Both the position numbers and the translations under genes were made by a program. A stretch of 64,000 nt of DNA from a virus. Numbering within the stretch: position 1 is the stretch's first letter; each line of letters begins with the position of its first letter. Below the pieces are notes generated by a model, which was not told the origin of the DNA, ran no database searches, and saw nothing but the letters and a program-made list of their open reading frames with translations. Location of the stretch: the IMG/VR virus record IMGVR_UViG_3300020438_004021, positions 1 through 64,000 of that record; one strand, written 5' to 3'. Below are positions 1 to 9,545 of this stretch, piece by piece.

Positions 1-99
1 TACCTTGATGGTGGTGAACCTCCAAGTCAAATCTGAAGTCTTTTTTTTGGCACCCGGACACTAGTATTTATCGGGGCTTGATAGGATTTGTCAATATAC

Positions 100-128
100 T
101 TGACGAGAGAACAGAGCTATAGTATAAT
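100..128 (+). promoter_or_regulatory. sigma70-type promoter upstream of gp55
   Basis: TTGACG-N17-TATAAT; shares CTTGACGAGAGA with the promoter at 7303. Confidence 0.75.
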
Positions 129-162
129 AGATGAGTCAAGTTAAAGACGAAAGGACCACAAA

Positions 163-771
163 ATGGCGAAAAAGAAAAAGAAAAAGAAGAATCCAGCACA
201 TTACGTAGATAACGAAGATTTCTATGATGCCCTGTGTGTTTGGAAAGACAAAATTATAGAGGCTGAAGAATGCGGAGAGCCGAGACCACCAGTATGCGAT
301 TTTATAGGAGAGTGTTTCCTGAAGATGGCAGAAGGTTTATCTCATAGGGCTTGCTTCATCAATTACGATTTCAGAGAAGAGATGGTGGGAGATGCCATAG
401 AGAATTGCATTTTATATGCCCACAATTTCAAGAAAGAGGGGAAGAATCCTTTCGCCTACTTCACCCAGATGATGTACTATGCTTTCCTTAGAAGAATACA
501 GAAGGAAAAGAAGCAGATGTACATAAAGTATAAGCTGGTTGAAGAGTCCGAGGAGTTGAGGAACTTTATCAGATGGGATGACAGCGATCCCAATGAGAGA
601 ATGAAAGAGTTCAGACTAACGGAGAACGACATAAACAAGTTCACCCCCAAGAAGAAGGACTCCAAGAAGAAAGCAAGCAAGAAGAAGACTGCCAAAAAGA
701 AGACTAGTAAGAAGAAGACTAGCAAATCTAAGAGCAGTAAAGGAAGCACTTTAGATTCATTGCTAGATTGA
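163..771 (+). CDS. 55: T4-like late transcription sigma factor gp55
   Basis: HYVDN, IGECFLKMAEGLS, F.NY.FREEM.GDAIENC and NPFAYFTQ..YYAFLRRI.KEK motifs; precedes gp47. Confidence 0.95.
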   Translation: MAKKKKKKKNPAHYVDNEDFYDALCVWKDKIIEAEECGEPRPPVCDFIGECFLKMAEGLSHRACFINYDFREEMVGDAIENCILYAHNFKKEGKNPFAYFTQMMYYAFLRRIQKEKKQMYIKYKLVEESEELRNFIRWDDSDPNERMKEFRLTENDINKFTPKKKDSKKKASKKKTAKKKTSKKKTSKSKSSKGSTLDSLLD

Positions 772-784
772 TGAGGTTTATATT

Positions 785-1846
785 ATGAAGATTGCTATAG
801 TGGCAGACACACATTTTGGTGCTAGGAATGATTCTCAATTGTTCTTAGATTATTTCACTGATTTCTTCAAGGATACCTTCTTCCCCACCCTGAAAAGGTA
901 TGATATTGACACAGTTATTCACTGTGGAGATTTGTTGGACAGAAGGAAGTATGTGAATTTCAATACCCTGCAATGTGTTAGGGAGAAGTTCATGGAACCC
1001 CTTAAGGAAATGGGTGTATCTGTCCACTGTATCCTAGGAAACCACGACACATTCTATAAGAACACCAATGATTTGAATTCAATCAGAGAATTGTTCTGTG
1101 AGAAGTATAGCAACTTCAATCTCTACGATAAACCAGAGACAATCAACTTAGATGGGTTCGATATTGCACTCCTACCTTGGGTAAACAAAGAGAACACCAA
1201 GGAGAGCATGGAATTCATCAGTGAGACGAAAGCACAGTGGTTGGTTGGACATCTGGAGCTGGATGGATATGAGGTCCTGCGAGGAATCAAGTATGATGGT
1301 GGAATGGACCCATCCATTTTCAAGAGGTTCGAACAAGTTCTAAGTGGTCACTTTCACTGTAAGCAGAAGAAAGATAACATCATGTACTTGGGATGCCCTT
1401 ATCAGATCACTTTCTCTGACGTAAATGACTCTAAGGGATTTTGGATTCTGGATACTGATACCAGAGAAATCGATTTTGTGAGGAATGATAGGAGCCTTTT
1501 TCATAACCTTTATTATGACGACTCCAAGAAAGACTACCAAGACTTCATCTCCAAGAGACATCCCAAATATAAAGATGCATACGTCAAAATATATGTGGTT
1601 AATAAAGAAAAACCTTATATTCTTGACAGGGTAATAGATTCATTGTATAATAGTGGTGTATATGACCTTACGATTGTAGAAGAAGAAGACATTATTTCCT
1701 CAGATGAGACTTTACAGAGTTCAGACGTATGTAAGTCTACACTAGAGTTAATATATGAAGAGATAGATAACGTAGAAGAGATAGAAGATAAATCTAAGGT
1801 CAAAAATCTAATTCAGGAACTATATATGGAATCCCTGACTGTTTGA
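785..1846 (+). CDS. 47: recombination endonuclease subunit gp47 (Mre11/SbcD-like)
   Basis: DTHFG, GDLLD, GNHD and SGHFH metallophosphoesterase motifs; synteny. Confidence 0.95.
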   Translation: MKIAIVADTHFGARNDSQLFLDYFTDFFKDTFFPTLKRYDIDTVIHCGDLLDRRKYVNFNTLQCVREKFMEPLKEMGVSVHCILGNHDTFYKNTNDLNSIRELFCEKYSNFNLYDKPETINLDGFDIALLPWVNKENTKESMEFISETKAQWLVGHLELDGYEVLRGIKYDGGMDPSIFKRFEQVLSGHFHCKQKKDNIMYLGCPYQITFSDVNDSKGFWILDTDTREIDFVRNDRSLFHNLYYDDSKKDYQDFISKRHPKYKDAYVKIYVVNKEKPYILDRVIDSLYNSGVYDLTIVEEEDIISSDETLQSSDVCKSTLELIYEEIDNVEEIEDKSKVKNLIQELYMESLTV

Positions 1847-1854
1847 GGTGAATT

Positions 1855-2088
1855 ATGGAATATAGAATGCATATTGACATGCCTGTAGGTATGGATAAAG
1901 AAGAAGCGGTTAAAAAATCTAGGTACATACTGGGTGTGATAGAAAATAACCTAGGTACTATACGTGCACATGGAGTCGAATCAGTCAATTTTAGACTGGG
2001 GAATGATGCCGACAGGCAGAAGTCTAATTATCTCGATGTAAACGAAAACGGACACTGTAGCAACAAGAAGAGCAAGATAGTTCTGTGA
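1855..2088 (+). CDS. hypothetical protein
   Basis: ORF with GAGGTG RBS, in operon. Confidence 0.7.
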   Translation: MEYRMHIDMPVGMDKEEAVKKSRYILGVIENNLGTIRAHGVESVNFRLGNDADRQKSNYLDVNENGHCSNKKSKIVL

Positions 2089-2096
2089 TTTTTCAT

Positions 2097-2169
2097 GGGA
2101 CAGAAGCGGATGGCATTAGCAGTATCGCTTATAACGGTATAATCGTGGGTTCGAGTCCCACCTGTCCCA
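2097..2169 (+). tRNA. tRNA-Ile(UAU)
   Basis: acceptor GGGACAG/CTGTCCC, anticodon arm TATCG-CTTATAA-CGGTA, T-arm GTGGG-TTCGAGT-CCCAC; weak D-arm, A at position 8, no encoded CCA. Confidence 0.8.
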
Positions 2170-2187
2170 CTTCAGGAGACTTATATT

Positions 2188-3642
2188 ATGAGTAGAAAAC
2201 CATATAAATTCTATGTATCGCCTTTCACAGACAGATATTCCTCTCCCGACATGAGGTACATCTGGTCTGAAGAGTATAAGTATGAAAGGTGGAGATATTT
2301 ATGGTCTATTCTGGCATCTGGTCAGAAACAACTTGGAATAGACATTAGCGACGAACAGATACAAGAGATGAATGATAATATATCATCTATCGACATGGAT
2401 AGGGTATCTGAGATAGAGAAAGAGATGAAGCACGATGTGATGGCACATATCACCGCTTTTGGTGAGGTAGCACCCAGTGCAAAGCCTTTCATACATCTGG
2501 GTGCTACAAGTCAATTTGTGGTAGATAATGCAGATTCTCTGGCGATGAAGGATTCATTGCTACTGATAATCAATAAGACGGTATCAGTAATAGAAAGGCT
2601 GTCAGAGAGTGCCGAAGCATATGCCTCTGTTCCCACAGTGGGTCTCACTCATCTACAACCGGCACAACCGGTGACAGTAGGCAAAAGAATCATGATGTGG
2701 GTCCAAGAGTTGGTGATTGCTCTGGAAGATATTGGATTCAAACTCGACAATATGAGGGTCAGAGGGATTTCGGGTGCTACCGGTTCTAAATTGTCATTCT
2801 TAGAGCTGTTTGAAGGAGACGAAGACAAAGTCTATGAACTGGATAGACTGATTTGTACCGGTATGGGATTCAGTGCGGACAAATCTCTTACAATCACCGG
2901 ACAGACATATCCCAGAATATTAGACTCATCAATAATGTCTGCACTATGTCTATTGGCATCGGCATGCAACAAAATATGCGGAGATATTAGAATCCTAAGT
3001 GGAAGAGGGGAAATCAGCGAAGGATTCAACGAAGGGAGTCAGAAGGGGTCTTCCGCAATGCCCTACAAGAGGAACCCAATCAGGTCCGAGAAAGTCTGCT
3101 CCCTTTCTAGACATATGATGTCACTAGCACAGACTTTCTACCACACATCTGCCAATCAGTGGATGGAGAGATCTCTAGATGACTCTGCTGGTAGAAGAAT
3201 TGCCATGCCTGAGGCATTCTTGGTTATGGATGAGGTCCTAGAGACGATGATCAGAATTTCTGGGGATATGGTCCCTGACCTAGAGACCATCAAAAATAAT
3301 TATTCCAAAGAATCTTATAAGTTCTTGTCTGAAAACCTGATAATTGCATTCACCACTGAAAACGGATGTGACAGGCAAGATGCTCATGAATACGTCCAGT
3401 ATATCATGGGGATGGTTGAAAATCATGACGGCAATAGGATTGAGGAGATTAAAAGATTGCTCAGAAAACCATCTAAAAGTGCCAAGGAAAATAACAAGAA
3501 GGTAGTAGGCAACATAGATATCGACTCAGTTATTGATGGATGCCTAGATATGACTGGAATGTGTGAGAGGGATGTGACCTCTTATAAGCAAAATGTCGTG
3601 GACACCCTTATGAAACATTACAAACAAAGAGAGGTGGAATGA
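2188..3642 (+). CDS. purB: adenylosuccinate lyase
   Basis: HDVMAH, IHLGATSQ, THLQPAQP and GSSAMPYKRNP signatures. Confidence 0.93.
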   Translation: MSRKPYKFYVSPFTDRYSSPDMRYIWSEEYKYERWRYLWSILASGQKQLGIDISDEQIQEMNDNISSIDMDRVSEIEKEMKHDVMAHITAFGEVAPSAKPFIHLGATSQFVVDNADSLAMKDSLLLIINKTVSVIERLSESAEAYASVPTVGLTHLQPAQPVTVGKRIMMWVQELVIALEDIGFKLDNMRVRGISGATGSKLSFLELFEGDEDKVYELDRLICTGMGFSADKSLTITGQTYPRILDSSIMSALCLLASACNKICGDIRILSGRGEISEGFNEGSQKGSSAMPYKRNPIRSEKVCSLSRHMMSLAQTFYHTSANQWMERSLDDSAGRRIAMPEAFLVMDEVLETMIRISGDMVPDLETIKNNYSKESYKFLSENLIIAFTTENGCDRQDAHEYVQYIMGMVENHDGNRIEEIKRLLRKPSKSAKENNKKVVGNIDIDSVIDGCLDMTGMCERDVTSYKQNVVDTLMKHYKQREVE

Positions 3643-3643
3643 G

Positions 3644-3868
3644 ATGGAAATCGCAGTTATAATAGTTTTAGTAGCAGCCTGCATATGGTTCAACATTAGA
3701 TATGCAATGATTCACGAGGAACTAATCAGAACCAGAGGAGAGCTGACATTCACCATTAGAAAGAAGAAAAGCGACTATGACTCTTATAGGACACACATGG
3801 TGAAGATGGCTGAAAAAGTCGACAGATTTGCCTCAGCCTTTGAAGAATGGAATTCCAAGAAGAGTTGA
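3644..3868 (+). CDS. small membrane-anchored hypothetical protein
   Basis: hydrophobic N-terminus, RBS, operon context. Confidence 0.7.
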   Translation: MEIAVIIVLVAACIWFNIRYAMIHEELIRTRGELTFTIRKKKSDYDSYRTHMVKMAEKVDRFASAFEEWNSKKS

Positions 3869-3873
3869 GGTTT

Positions 3874-3881
3874 TATAAATA
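3874..3881 (+). promoter_or_regulatory. T4-type late promoter
   Basis: intergenic TATAAATA. Confidence 0.65.
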
Positions 3882-3904
3882 ATGTGTTGCAACAGTAATT
3901 TAAA

Positions 3905-3944
3905 TAGGGTTTGGGGCGAACAAGAAATAGTTCGCCCCAACCTA
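3905..3944 (+). other. intergenic stem-loop upstream of gp46
   Basis: TTGGGGCGAAC-N8-GTTCGCCCCAA 11-bp stem, no U-tract. Confidence 0.7.
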
Positions 3945-3975
3945 TATACAATGAGCGGCGTTGTGAGTATATAGA

Positions 3976-5709
3976 ATGTTGATATTTAGAAAACTCAGAT
4001 GGAAGAATATGCTATCCACTGGCAATTCTTTTACAGAGATTTATTTAGACAAATATAATACTACCTTGGTATCCGGAGACAATGGGGCTGGGAAGTCCAC
4101 TATCTTGGATGCTCTGACTTATTCTCTATATGGTAAGTCCTTTAGGGGGATTAAAAACACTAGTCTAATCAACAGTATTAATGAGAAAGACTTCTCGGTG
4201 GAGGTAGAGTTCTCTATAAACAAGCATGAATATAAAGTCAGAAGGGGAATCAAACCCAAGGTCTTCGAAATCTTCAAAGACGGGTCCATGGTTCCCCAAA
4301 ATGCCACCGTCAAGGACTATCAGAATGTATTAGAGGAGCAGATTCTGAAAATGTCTTTCAAGGCATTTTGTCAGGTAGTGCTTCTAGGTTCCTCTAGTTA
4401 CATACCATTCATGAAGCTGCCTACTAAGGACAGGAAAATCATAGTAGAAGACCTGTTAGATATTAGTATATTTTCCACTATGAATGGTATTCTCAAGACT
4501 AGGATGTCCACAAACAAAGACAAGTTGACCATACTGGTCGGCAAGGTAAACGTTTTAGAATCTAAGATTCATGGTCAAGATACTTTGATAGAGAAGATAA
4601 AAGAGAAGTCCAAAGACTCAACCGAGGGATTCAAAGAGGAAATATCTAAGACCTTAAAGCAGGTGGAATCTTTACAAGAAGAGGTAGAGGATTTAAATTC
4701 TTCAGTGGACAACATGATGTCTTCAATAAGCGATAAAGATAAGGTATTCAGTGACTTAGAGAGGGCTGAATCTATCGAGAAGAAGCTTAAGAACAATTGC
4801 AAAAGATTGACTGGTGACTTGTCTCTATACGATAATAATAGTTGCCCCACCTGCCATCAGGATATAACTGAGGAGCACAGGGATAAGATGGTTGAATCCA
4901 AAAAGGGCAAGATTAAAGAGATAGAAGATGCTATCAAAAGCGTTTCTGAAAATGTAGTGTCCTTAGAGTCTACGGTCAGCAGAATCAACGAAGTCTTGAA
5001 CAACGTTCACAAGACCGAGATGGGCATATCCGATAAGAACGGTACTATATCTGCTTGTAACAAATATATCAGTAAAATGAATAAGAGTATGGAGGACCAT
5101 TCCAACAATGGAGACGAGTTGGAATCTGAGGTTACTCTTCTAGATTCACTCAAAGAAGAGCATATCAAGTTCGACTCCAATAGAAAAGAACTGGTAGATA
5201 GTAGAACTGAACTGGAACTAGTATCTAATCTACTAAAGGATACCGGAATAAAATCCAGAATCATTGGTTATTACCTTCCTATAATGAATAAGATGATTAA
5301 CCAGTATCTCACATCTATGGATTTTTTCTGCCACTTTAGTCTGGACGAGAATTTCGATGAGACTATCAGGAGCAGGCATAGAGATGAATTCACCTATTAT
5401 AACTTCAGCGAGGGAGAGAGACTTCGGATAGACCTATCTTTGCTCTTGGCATGGAGAGAGGTGGCAAGATTAAAGAACAGTGTTAACTGTAATCTGTTAA
5501 TATTGGACGAGGTATTTGATTCCAGTCTTGACTCAGTTGGTACCGAGGAATTTCTAAAAATATTAAGCAGTCTGGGCAATAAAGCAAACGTATTTGTAAT
5601 AACCCACAAGTCCGATCAGTTGATGGACAAGTTTGAGAATAATTTGCACTTCAAGAAGAAAGGCAATTTTAGCGAGGTAACTTTCAGGATGCATAGAGAT
5701 GAAGACTAA
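3976..5709 (+). CDS. 46: recombination ATPase gp46 (Rad50/SbcC-like)
   Basis: Walker A GDNGAGKST, CPTC zinc hook, FSEGE signature, LILDE Walker B. Confidence 0.96.
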   Translation: MLIFRKLRWKNMLSTGNSFTEIYLDKYNTTLVSGDNGAGKSTILDALTYSLYGKSFRGIKNTSLINSINEKDFSVEVEFSINKHEYKVRRGIKPKVFEIFKDGSMVPQNATVKDYQNVLEEQILKMSFKAFCQVVLLGSSSYIPFMKLPTKDRKIIVEDLLDISIFSTMNGILKTRMSTNKDKLTILVGKVNVLESKIHGQDTLIEKIKEKSKDSTEGFKEEISKTLKQVESLQEEVEDLNSSVDNMMSSISDKDKVFSDLERAESIEKKLKNNCKRLTGDLSLYDNNSCPTCHQDITEEHRDKMVESKKGKIKEIEDAIKSVSENVVSLESTVSRINEVLNNVHKTEMGISDKNGTISACNKYISKMNKSMEDHSNNGDELESEVTLLDSLKEEHIKFDSNRKELVDSRTELELVSNLLKDTGIKSRIIGYYLPIMNKMINQYLTSMDFFCHFSLDENFDETIRSRHRDEFTYYNFSEGERLRIDLSLLLAWREVARLKNSVNCNLLILDEVFDSSLDSVGTEEFLKILSSLGNKANVFVITHKSDQLMDKFENNLHFKKKGNFSEVTFRMHRDED

Positions 5710-7306
5710 AGACAAGGCTTTCTACGAAAGAAATACCCACATATTAGAATCTCCGGTGAATGTATGCTATGAAGACTTAGTATCAATGCAACCAGGCGAA
5801 TTCGAGCAGTGGGTCAAGAGCATGAGGAAAGAAATACTTAGGATTTGGGATGATTATGGTATTCCACCCAGATCTGGTGGCAAGACCGAAGAAGAGATTA
5901 TCAACCAGTTCAACAAAATGTCAGAGTATCCAATCCACAGGTTCATCTACACCGACGAACTGACCGATGGAGAAGACGATGTAATATTGAATACTACCGG
6001 TATAGGTGTAGAGGCTGACCAGTGGTTTGGGAACATGTACAAGACTAGGATTAATAGAGGTTGGAAGGATGATGGTCATTCTGTTTATGACTTATTCAAC
6101 AACGACGATTATCTAAATAGTGTGATCAAAAGGTCATATAGACATTTCAGAAGAGACGGGATGTATATTCATGCACATTCGATAAAGAAGAATGATAAAA
6201 AGTCTGGTCTTGTTTCTGCCTCCACAGCTAGTGAGTGGATAGATGCCTTTATAAATAATAGGAAGATTTTTAAGAATCACGACTTCATCATCGAAGAAGT
6301 AAAACCCCCAGTCGGAAAGAATGCGGGGTATTTTCAGTTAGACGAAACAGATTTATTACACCTTACACACGAACAAGTAAAGGATTACCATGCTAGGGGA
6401 ATACTCAGATATTGCAATGTTAGTAATTTTGATATGTCTGGCATTAATGCCGACAGACTCTACAGATTAAGGATGTACGAGAAGGGGAGAAGGATTTTCC
6501 CAAAAGGATTTATACCTTTCAGACTCGGGTACATTCAACCGGCAGTAAACTTCCCCCCTATGACTGCTAAATATTTGTATGAAAGATTCACAGAACACAT
6601 CAAAGACCAAGAAGTTATTAATATATATGACCCGTCTGCTGGGTGGGGTGGTCGCATACTTGGTGCTATGGCTTGTAGGGACGATAGGTGCGTTCATTAT
6701 GTTGGGACTGACCCTAATCCTGACAATTTCAATGATGACGGCACTGACAGTAGGTATGCTTCTCTTGCTTCTTTCTACAATACCAGAACTTATAGGGGAA
6801 ATAGCTTCTTTTCCCAGACAAACACTTTTGAAATATTCAAAAAGGGTTCAGAAGAAATCCAGAACTACGAAAGATTCCAGAAGTATAGAGGCGAACTTGA
6901 CCTCATATTCACTTCACCGCCTTATTTCAACAGAGAGGCTTATAGCGAGGACTCTAATCAGTCGTACAAAAAATACGGTTCATCGTATGAAGAGTGGAAA
7001 GAAGGATTCTTGAGGCCCACTTTAGAGACTTGTGTAGAATTCTTGAAAGAAGATAGATATCTGCTTTGGAACATAGCGGACCTTAAGATGGATGCAGACA
7101 CCTTCTTGCCTTTGGAGTTAGACTCTAGGGAGATATTAGAGGGGCTTGGGATGGAATACATAATGACCTTCAAGATGGCTCAAGTAGGGATGCCTGGCTC
7201 CAATCGACTTAGGGAAGATGGTAAGCCGCACGTCAAAAACCATTGCCTCATCAGGGACAAATATTATAAATATGAGCCGGTATTCGTTTTCAAGAAAGTA
7301 TCTTGA
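5699..7306 (+). CDS. putative DNA amino-methyltransferase
   Basis: YDPSAGWGG SAM-binding motif followed by FTSPPY catalytic motif. Confidence 0.8.
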   Translation: MKTKDKAFYERNTHILESPVNVCYEDLVSMQPGEFEQWVKSMRKEILRIWDDYGIPPRSGGKTEEEIINQFNKMSEYPIHRFIYTDELTDGEDDVILNTTGIGVEADQWFGNMYKTRINRGWKDDGHSVYDLFNNDDYLNSVIKRSYRHFRRDGMYIHAHSIKKNDKKSGLVSASTASEWIDAFINNRKIFKNHDFIIEEVKPPVGKNAGYFQLDETDLLHLTHEQVKDYHARGILRYCNVSNFDMSGINADRLYRLRMYEKGRRIFPKGFIPFRLGYIQPAVNFPPMTAKYLYERFTEHIKDQEVINIYDPSAGWGGRILGAMACRDDRCVHYVGTDPNPDNFNDDGTDSRYASLASFYNTRTYRGNSFFSQTNTFEIFKKGSEEIQNYERFQKYRGELDLIFTSPPYFNREAYSEDSNQSYKKYGSSYEEWKEGFLRPTLETCVEFLKEDRYLLWNIADLKMDADTFLPLELDSREILEGLGMEYIMTFKMAQVGMPGSNRLREDGKPHVKNHCLIRDKYYKYEPVFVFKKVS

Positions 7307-7331
7307 CGAGAGAGACCATTTGTGGTATAAT
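7303..7331 (+). promoter_or_regulatory. sigma70-type promoter with extended -10, probably leaderless
   Basis: TTGACG-N17-TATAAT with TG; ATG 6 nt downstream of the -10. Confidence 0.8.
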
Positions 7332-7337
7332 AAAAGT

Positions 7338-8438
7338 ATGAGTTTCAAAAGACTAAAATTGCACGGCGTTGATGAACCTAACACTGACTGGACCAAGCTC
7401 ACTAGCGAAAGCGATAGAGAGTGGGAATGGTTGAAGAACATGTACTGGTATAGGATTCATTCTAGTATTAAACAACAAAAATCTTGGGTCAGCAAGTATC
7501 TGAAGGCTCAGGGATTAGACCCCAAGGAGTACAACCACGGTAAGAAGAGGCTGTTTGAGTCTGCCGGTGGTCTATGTAGGATTCTAGAGACAGGGTGTCC
7601 CGAAGACCACAAGCTGATTAATCTTCTTAAGATGTTGCTGAAAGAAATCAAAGAAGAATCTTCTAAGTTCTCAGCATCCACAAAAGCCTCTCTCAAGAAG
7701 TCTAATCATGTCTCAATTCAAGAGAGAATGAGTGATCAGCTGGGTGAATATATGGACGAAATCAATGGCAAGATTGATTGGTTCTTGGCAAATCCTAAGA
7801 TGAAGAAGAAAGAGTGGTTCAGCATCGGTAAGTGGTTGAAAGACAAAAAGGTCAAACCAACCCAGACCATGCACATCCTCAAAGAAATACAACCCGTATA
7901 TAATGAGGTTGCAGCTGCTAAGAACAAAGAGTGTGAGCAGTTGGTAGAGGCATATGACTATCTAACTGCACACCAGATGTTCCGATATAATGAATTCCTT
8001 GAATCAATGTTGAAGGAAATAAAAGATTATATGCGGGTCACCAAACCAAAGAAGGCTACTAGGAAGGTCAGTCCTGAACAGGCAGTCAAGAAGCTTCCTT
8101 TTGCTGAGGAGTTTGATGAACTTTCCATTAAGTCGATCGACCCTACGGAAATTTTGGGTTCAACCGCTTTGTTTGTGTATAACACTACCAGCAGACTGAT
8201 GTGTGTGTACGTGGCATTTCAGAATAGTGGTGGTCTCTCAGTCAAGGGAGCATCAATCACACATTTTGACCCAGACAAATCCTACATGAAGAAGTGCAGG
8301 AGTTGCCAGCACAATACTAGGATGGTGGGTAAACTTACTAAAAAACACGCATTGGACCACGTGGATAAAATCACCACCAAGAAGCAACCCGTGAGACCAA
8401 GACTTAACAAGAACTGTGTAATATTGAGGGCTTTTTAG
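7338..8438 (+). CDS. conserved T4-like hypothetical protein
   Basis: long ORF; start moved to the ATG after the promoter; SIDP.EI.G...LFVYNT and RLN...VILRAF resemble a conserved T4-like family. Confidence 0.75.
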   Translation: MSFKRLKLHGVDEPNTDWTKLTSESDREWEWLKNMYWYRIHSSIKQQKSWVSKYLKAQGLDPKEYNHGKKRLFESAGGLCRILETGCPEDHKLINLLKMLLKEIKEESSKFSASTKASLKKSNHVSIQERMSDQLGEYMDEINGKIDWFLANPKMKKKEWFSIGKWLKDKKVKPTQTMHILKEIQPVYNEVAAAKNKECEQLVEAYDYLTAHQMFRYNEFLESMLKEIKDYMRVTKPKKATRKVSPEQAVKKLPFAEEFDELSIKSIDPTEILGSTALFVYNTTSRLMCVYVAFQNSGGLSVKGASITHFDPDKSYMKKCRSCQHNTRMVGKLTKKHALDHVDKITTKKQPVRPRLNKNCVILRAF

Positions 8439-8439
8439 A

Positions 8440-9333
8440 ATGATACTTATAGACTCAAACCAAATGATGATTGCTAACCTTTTCGCTATACATGGTAAGA
8501 ACACCGAGAATCTATCCATAAATGATGTTAGGTATGCTGTTCTAAAAGGGATTAAATACTTCGAGAGCAGATTCGGTTCCGAATATGGGCAAATAGTCCT
8601 GTGCTTCGACTCCACAAATTACTGGAGAACCGGATACTTCCCCCATTACAAGGCATCTAGGAAGAACAGACAGAAGACTAGCGATATCAACTGGAATAAA
8701 ATATATAATCTCTTTTCCATGGTCAAAGAAGAGATAGACGACAATTTCCGGTACATATCGGTCGAGGTCCCCACTTTGGAAGCAGATGACGTTATTTCAG
8801 CTATTTGCGATGATGTAAATAACGGTTCCGGTGAGAAAATTCTCATTGTGTCCTCAGACAAGGATTTTCAACAGCTTCAAAGGTATAAGAACGTCAAGCA
8901 GTATAGTCCAGCACACAAGGATTTCTTAGTATGTGTAGACCCAGAGTCTAAGCTTATTGACCACATCATAAGGGGTGATTCTTCTGATGGCATTCCTAAT
9001 GTGATGTCTGATGGGGATACTTTTGTGACTAAGGGAAAGAAGCAGACAATAATGAGTTCCAAGAGGTTCAACACTTTACTAGATAAAGTGAAGAACGGTT
9101 CAATCCGAGACGAAGGATATGAATATAAGGACAACTACGAGAGAAACGAGCAACTAATTGACCTGTCCCTCATACCTAGGGATTATAAAATCAAAACGAT
9201 CGAATGCCTGAAAGAGGCTGCCAAGCATTCGTGCACGATTAGCGAGTCCATTGAGATGGACTACATTCAAAGCAATAACTTGGGCAGCCTCCTAGAAGAG
9301 CTGACTGAGAATCAGACTAAGTTGAACATTTGA
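8440..9333 (+). CDS. rnh: RNase H / 5'-3' exonuclease (T4 rnh-like)
   Basis: MILID, YWR..YFP.YKA.R, EADD, SSDKDF.QLQ and GD.SDGIPN motifs. Confidence 0.92.
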   Translation: MILIDSNQMMIANLFAIHGKNTENLSINDVRYAVLKGIKYFESRFGSEYGQIVLCFDSTNYWRTGYFPHYKASRKNRQKTSDINWNKIYNLFSMVKEEIDDNFRYISVEVPTLEADDVISAICDDVNNGSGEKILIVSSDKDFQQLQRYKNVKQYSPAHKDFLVCVDPESKLIDHIIRGDSSDGIPNVMSDGDTFVTKGKKQTIMSSKRFNTLLDKVKNGSIRDEGYEYKDNYERNEQLIDLSLIPRDYKIKTIECLKEAAKHSCTISESIEMDYIQSNNLGSLLEELTENQTKLNI

Positions 9334-9342
9334 GGATATCAG

Positions 9343-9537
9343 ATGGATATTGAAAAGAATAAGGGTAAAAAGAAAATCAAACCCGAAAGTAACAGAGACT
9401 TCTTCGATGATGAATATGATGGTATGGGTAAGGGCGGCAACAAAGATAGAAGAAGAGGGAGTCGAAGGAACAGCAAGAGATTCTTTAAAGAGTATGGTGA
9501 CGATATTGAGTTCACCGATAATTTTGAAAAAAGGTAA
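9343..9537 (+). CDS. hypothetical charged protein
   Basis: GAGG RBS, fills the gap between rnh and gp45. Confidence 0.6.
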   Translation: MDIEKNKGKKKIKPESNRDFFDDEYDGMGKGGNKDRRRGSRRNSKRFFKEYGDDIEFTDNFEKR

Positions 9538-9545
9538 GTTAAACC

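Noticed and set aside
477-749. Minus-strand hydrophobic ORF, and the many other minus-strand ORFs in the track
   Set aside because: They are antisense shadows of well-supported + strand genes, with no RBS or motifs.
7265-7272. TATAAATA late promoter inside the methyltransferase gene
   Set aside because: It lies in coding sequence (YKY), and a better sigma70 promoter lies just downstream; unresolved.
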